Position numbers and translations under genes: made by a program. Below are positions 61,971 through 64,000 of a DNA stretch of 64,000 nt, in pieces. Numbering within the stretch: position 1 is the stretch's first letter; every line of letters starts with the position of its first letter. The notes under the pieces were generated by a model. The model did no database searches, was not told where the DNA came from, and worked only from the letters and a program-made list of their open reading frames with translations. Source of the DNA: Lama glama (Eukaryota); NCBI GenBank assembly GCA_028534125.1, contig CM052816.1, positions 90,026,001 through 90,090,000 of the forward strand. Direction: 5' to 3'.

Positions 61971-64000
61971 ATAAACAGCTCTGAGCCTCATTTCCTCATT
62001 TATAATACCAGGATAATAATAACTACTTCCCGTGCTGTTATTTGAAGGTTTAAATATGATTAAATGTTTAGCACAGTTTCTTGCACACAATCATCACTAG
62101 ACATGTAGCTGAAATTTTCTTTCTTGTCTTGGTTTTCTACAATTTCAGTGATTTTCCTTTTTGAAGAGTCGAATCTATGAGAACAATTTTAATGCCTCCT
62201 TAAGGCTACTCTCCTCTCCTTTTCTTTCTAAATATCTTATGTAATTTGATTTTATATATCATTGTTTGCAAAATTTTAATTGCCAAAGGTCCTTATTAGG
62301 AAATTCTAATAAAAAGAACTTGGGGGTGTATAGTTTAAAAGGCTATAAGATGAATCTCTTTACTCACTGTTGTCATGAGAATTAAAGAGTGTTGTGACTG
62401 AAGGATACAGAGTGTTTATGTGAACAATACACACATGTCTTTGATAGAAACACTTTCTATCAAGTAATAGAAAACTATTCCAAAGTACATAGAAGAGTGG
62501 ATTCACTTATTCTTAGGCAGAGAGAAAAGTAGTTTTTACAAAATGTAAGTTTTGGCAAAGGTTGCTATATTTGATCTTGACACATTATTGGATAGTCTTC
62601 AATGTTCCTGGTAATAATTATTTTGTTCTCTAAGTATTGCCATTAAAATGCTCAAAATATAAATATTTGTTGTTGCAGTCAAGATGCTGGGATGTGTCCA
62701 AGGACAGCTGTATATTCTACCCTTGTAATTCACTCCAGTAAAAATCAGATAGTGGTAAAGGAAACTTAAGAAGTACAAGCTCATACCTAGAGGGCATTTG
62801 ACTTTACCTCATTCTATATTTCAGGGAAAAACCAACCAAACAAACAAACAAAAAAACCCTGAGAAAGGTTTTATAACCTCACACTGACCTTGACTTTGGA
62901 AAGTTAATTCCTTTCAGTCTCAGTCTCCTCATTCACGAAATGTCAGCTGGTTAGGTAGTCATCCCTTCCTAGGTAGATCCTTGATCCATTCATTTATAAC
63001 CTGCATTCGTGGTTCCATGAGTAGAACATTCAGTTCTCAAACCCACCAGCAAACCGTCACTTGTACTTTGGTAATTTTCTTGATTGATTGATTAAGGTAT
63101 GTAGTCAAGGAAAGACTGTCTTAAAGAAGCAGTTTTTCTATTATTGAAAAATGTAAGTGGCAGTTTAGAGAAATATACTATATTTTCTCTCTAAAGAATA
63201 CTTGAAAATTTACTTCCTCCTTAATATTTTCACATTAGTTCATATCATATGAGTCAGAATTATTCTTTCCTGTTAATTCCTATAGTATTTAAAAGCATAC
63301 ATCGGTTATATGGAACATTAAAGAAAAAAAACTGTTTATTTTGTATGTTTATTCCTGATATATATTAATTTATATCAATAAATCTTTGTTTATAAGCAGA
63401 TTTTGTGATCATGTGAAATGTACATTCAAAAGCTGAAAAGAGCTTCCGTTGAAGCTAATATTGCCACAATTTATAAATCGTATCACAATCTTAAAGATAA
63501 TCAGCTCCTCTTAAAACTTGTAATGAAATGTCTGTCTCATTGAAAATACAACACCCAGTTTTAAAACAGTTTCTTATGAATCTGATAGGAAACATTGGCC
63601 TACACTTATTAATTATTCTATTACCTCTTTGTAAAATTTTATGGCAAAGAGCAGCATAGAAAAATATTATGAGTGAAATTCCTTCAGTGGCAATGTTTGT
63701 AAAACATTTTTATCCAAGAGATTTCTGCACCCAGAGCATATCTTCCCCATTGGCCATAAGGAGGAATAAGTGGTCACAAAATTAGAAAGGACTTACAGCC
63801 TGCTAGATAAGAGACTTTTGAGAGATACTATACACATGATGGGCAGAGTTTGAGTCATATTTTGTAGAGAAAACCTGTCTTGTAATTTGGAGGAGAAATG
63901 GCTTTTTCACACTGAGCGAGCAGGTTAACTGAGGTGCAGATGGAGGAGTCCTCTGCTGATGGGTTCCAGATTCAGAAAGGCCCGGCGTTCCCTCAAATGA

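Noticed and set aside
1..64000. CRISPR array, operon-like or other prokaryotic system; non-retroviral endogenous virus; NUMT; snRNA/7SL/Y RNA copies
   Set aside because: No regularly spaced repeat-spacer array, no long ORFs and no motifs I recognise from those classes. Highly decayed copies cannot be excluded without a search.
1..64000. Inferring a host-gene strand from L1/LTR orientation bias
   Set aside because: Insertions occur on both strands in similar numbers, giving no support for a constrained host intron; consistent with intergenic DNA.

Overview
AT-rich, repeat-dense mammalian genomic DNA, most likely from a camelid (alpaca, llama or camel). The attribution rests on a tRNA-derived SINE at 12381-12504 that matches my recollection of the camelid vic-1 family, plus cetartiodactyl-type L1 3' tails. 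I could not identify any intact protein-coding gene, structural RNA gene or recognisable pseudogene. Every ORF in the track is short, and the ones I can recognise are decayed L1 ORF2 remnants or chance frames in LTRs and microsatellites. The window is a palimpsest of old L1, L2, MIR, MLT1, hAT and Tigger relics, younger L1 3' tails with target-site duplications (TSDs), and about nine solo LTRs, four of them packed into 38.0-45.4 kb. Items worth a second look are a CpG-rich patch overlapping an old MLT1-like LTR (8.8-9.7 kb), a MER91-like hairpin carrying a CTCF-like motif, a set of minus-strand exon-like segments with good splice sites (possible lncRNA or decayed gene, unproven), a 5'-only L1 fragment, and an overlapping double palindrome. 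I found no evidence for a novel multi-gene system. Repeat family names come from remembered consensus sequences, not from a search, and boundaries of old repeats are approximate.
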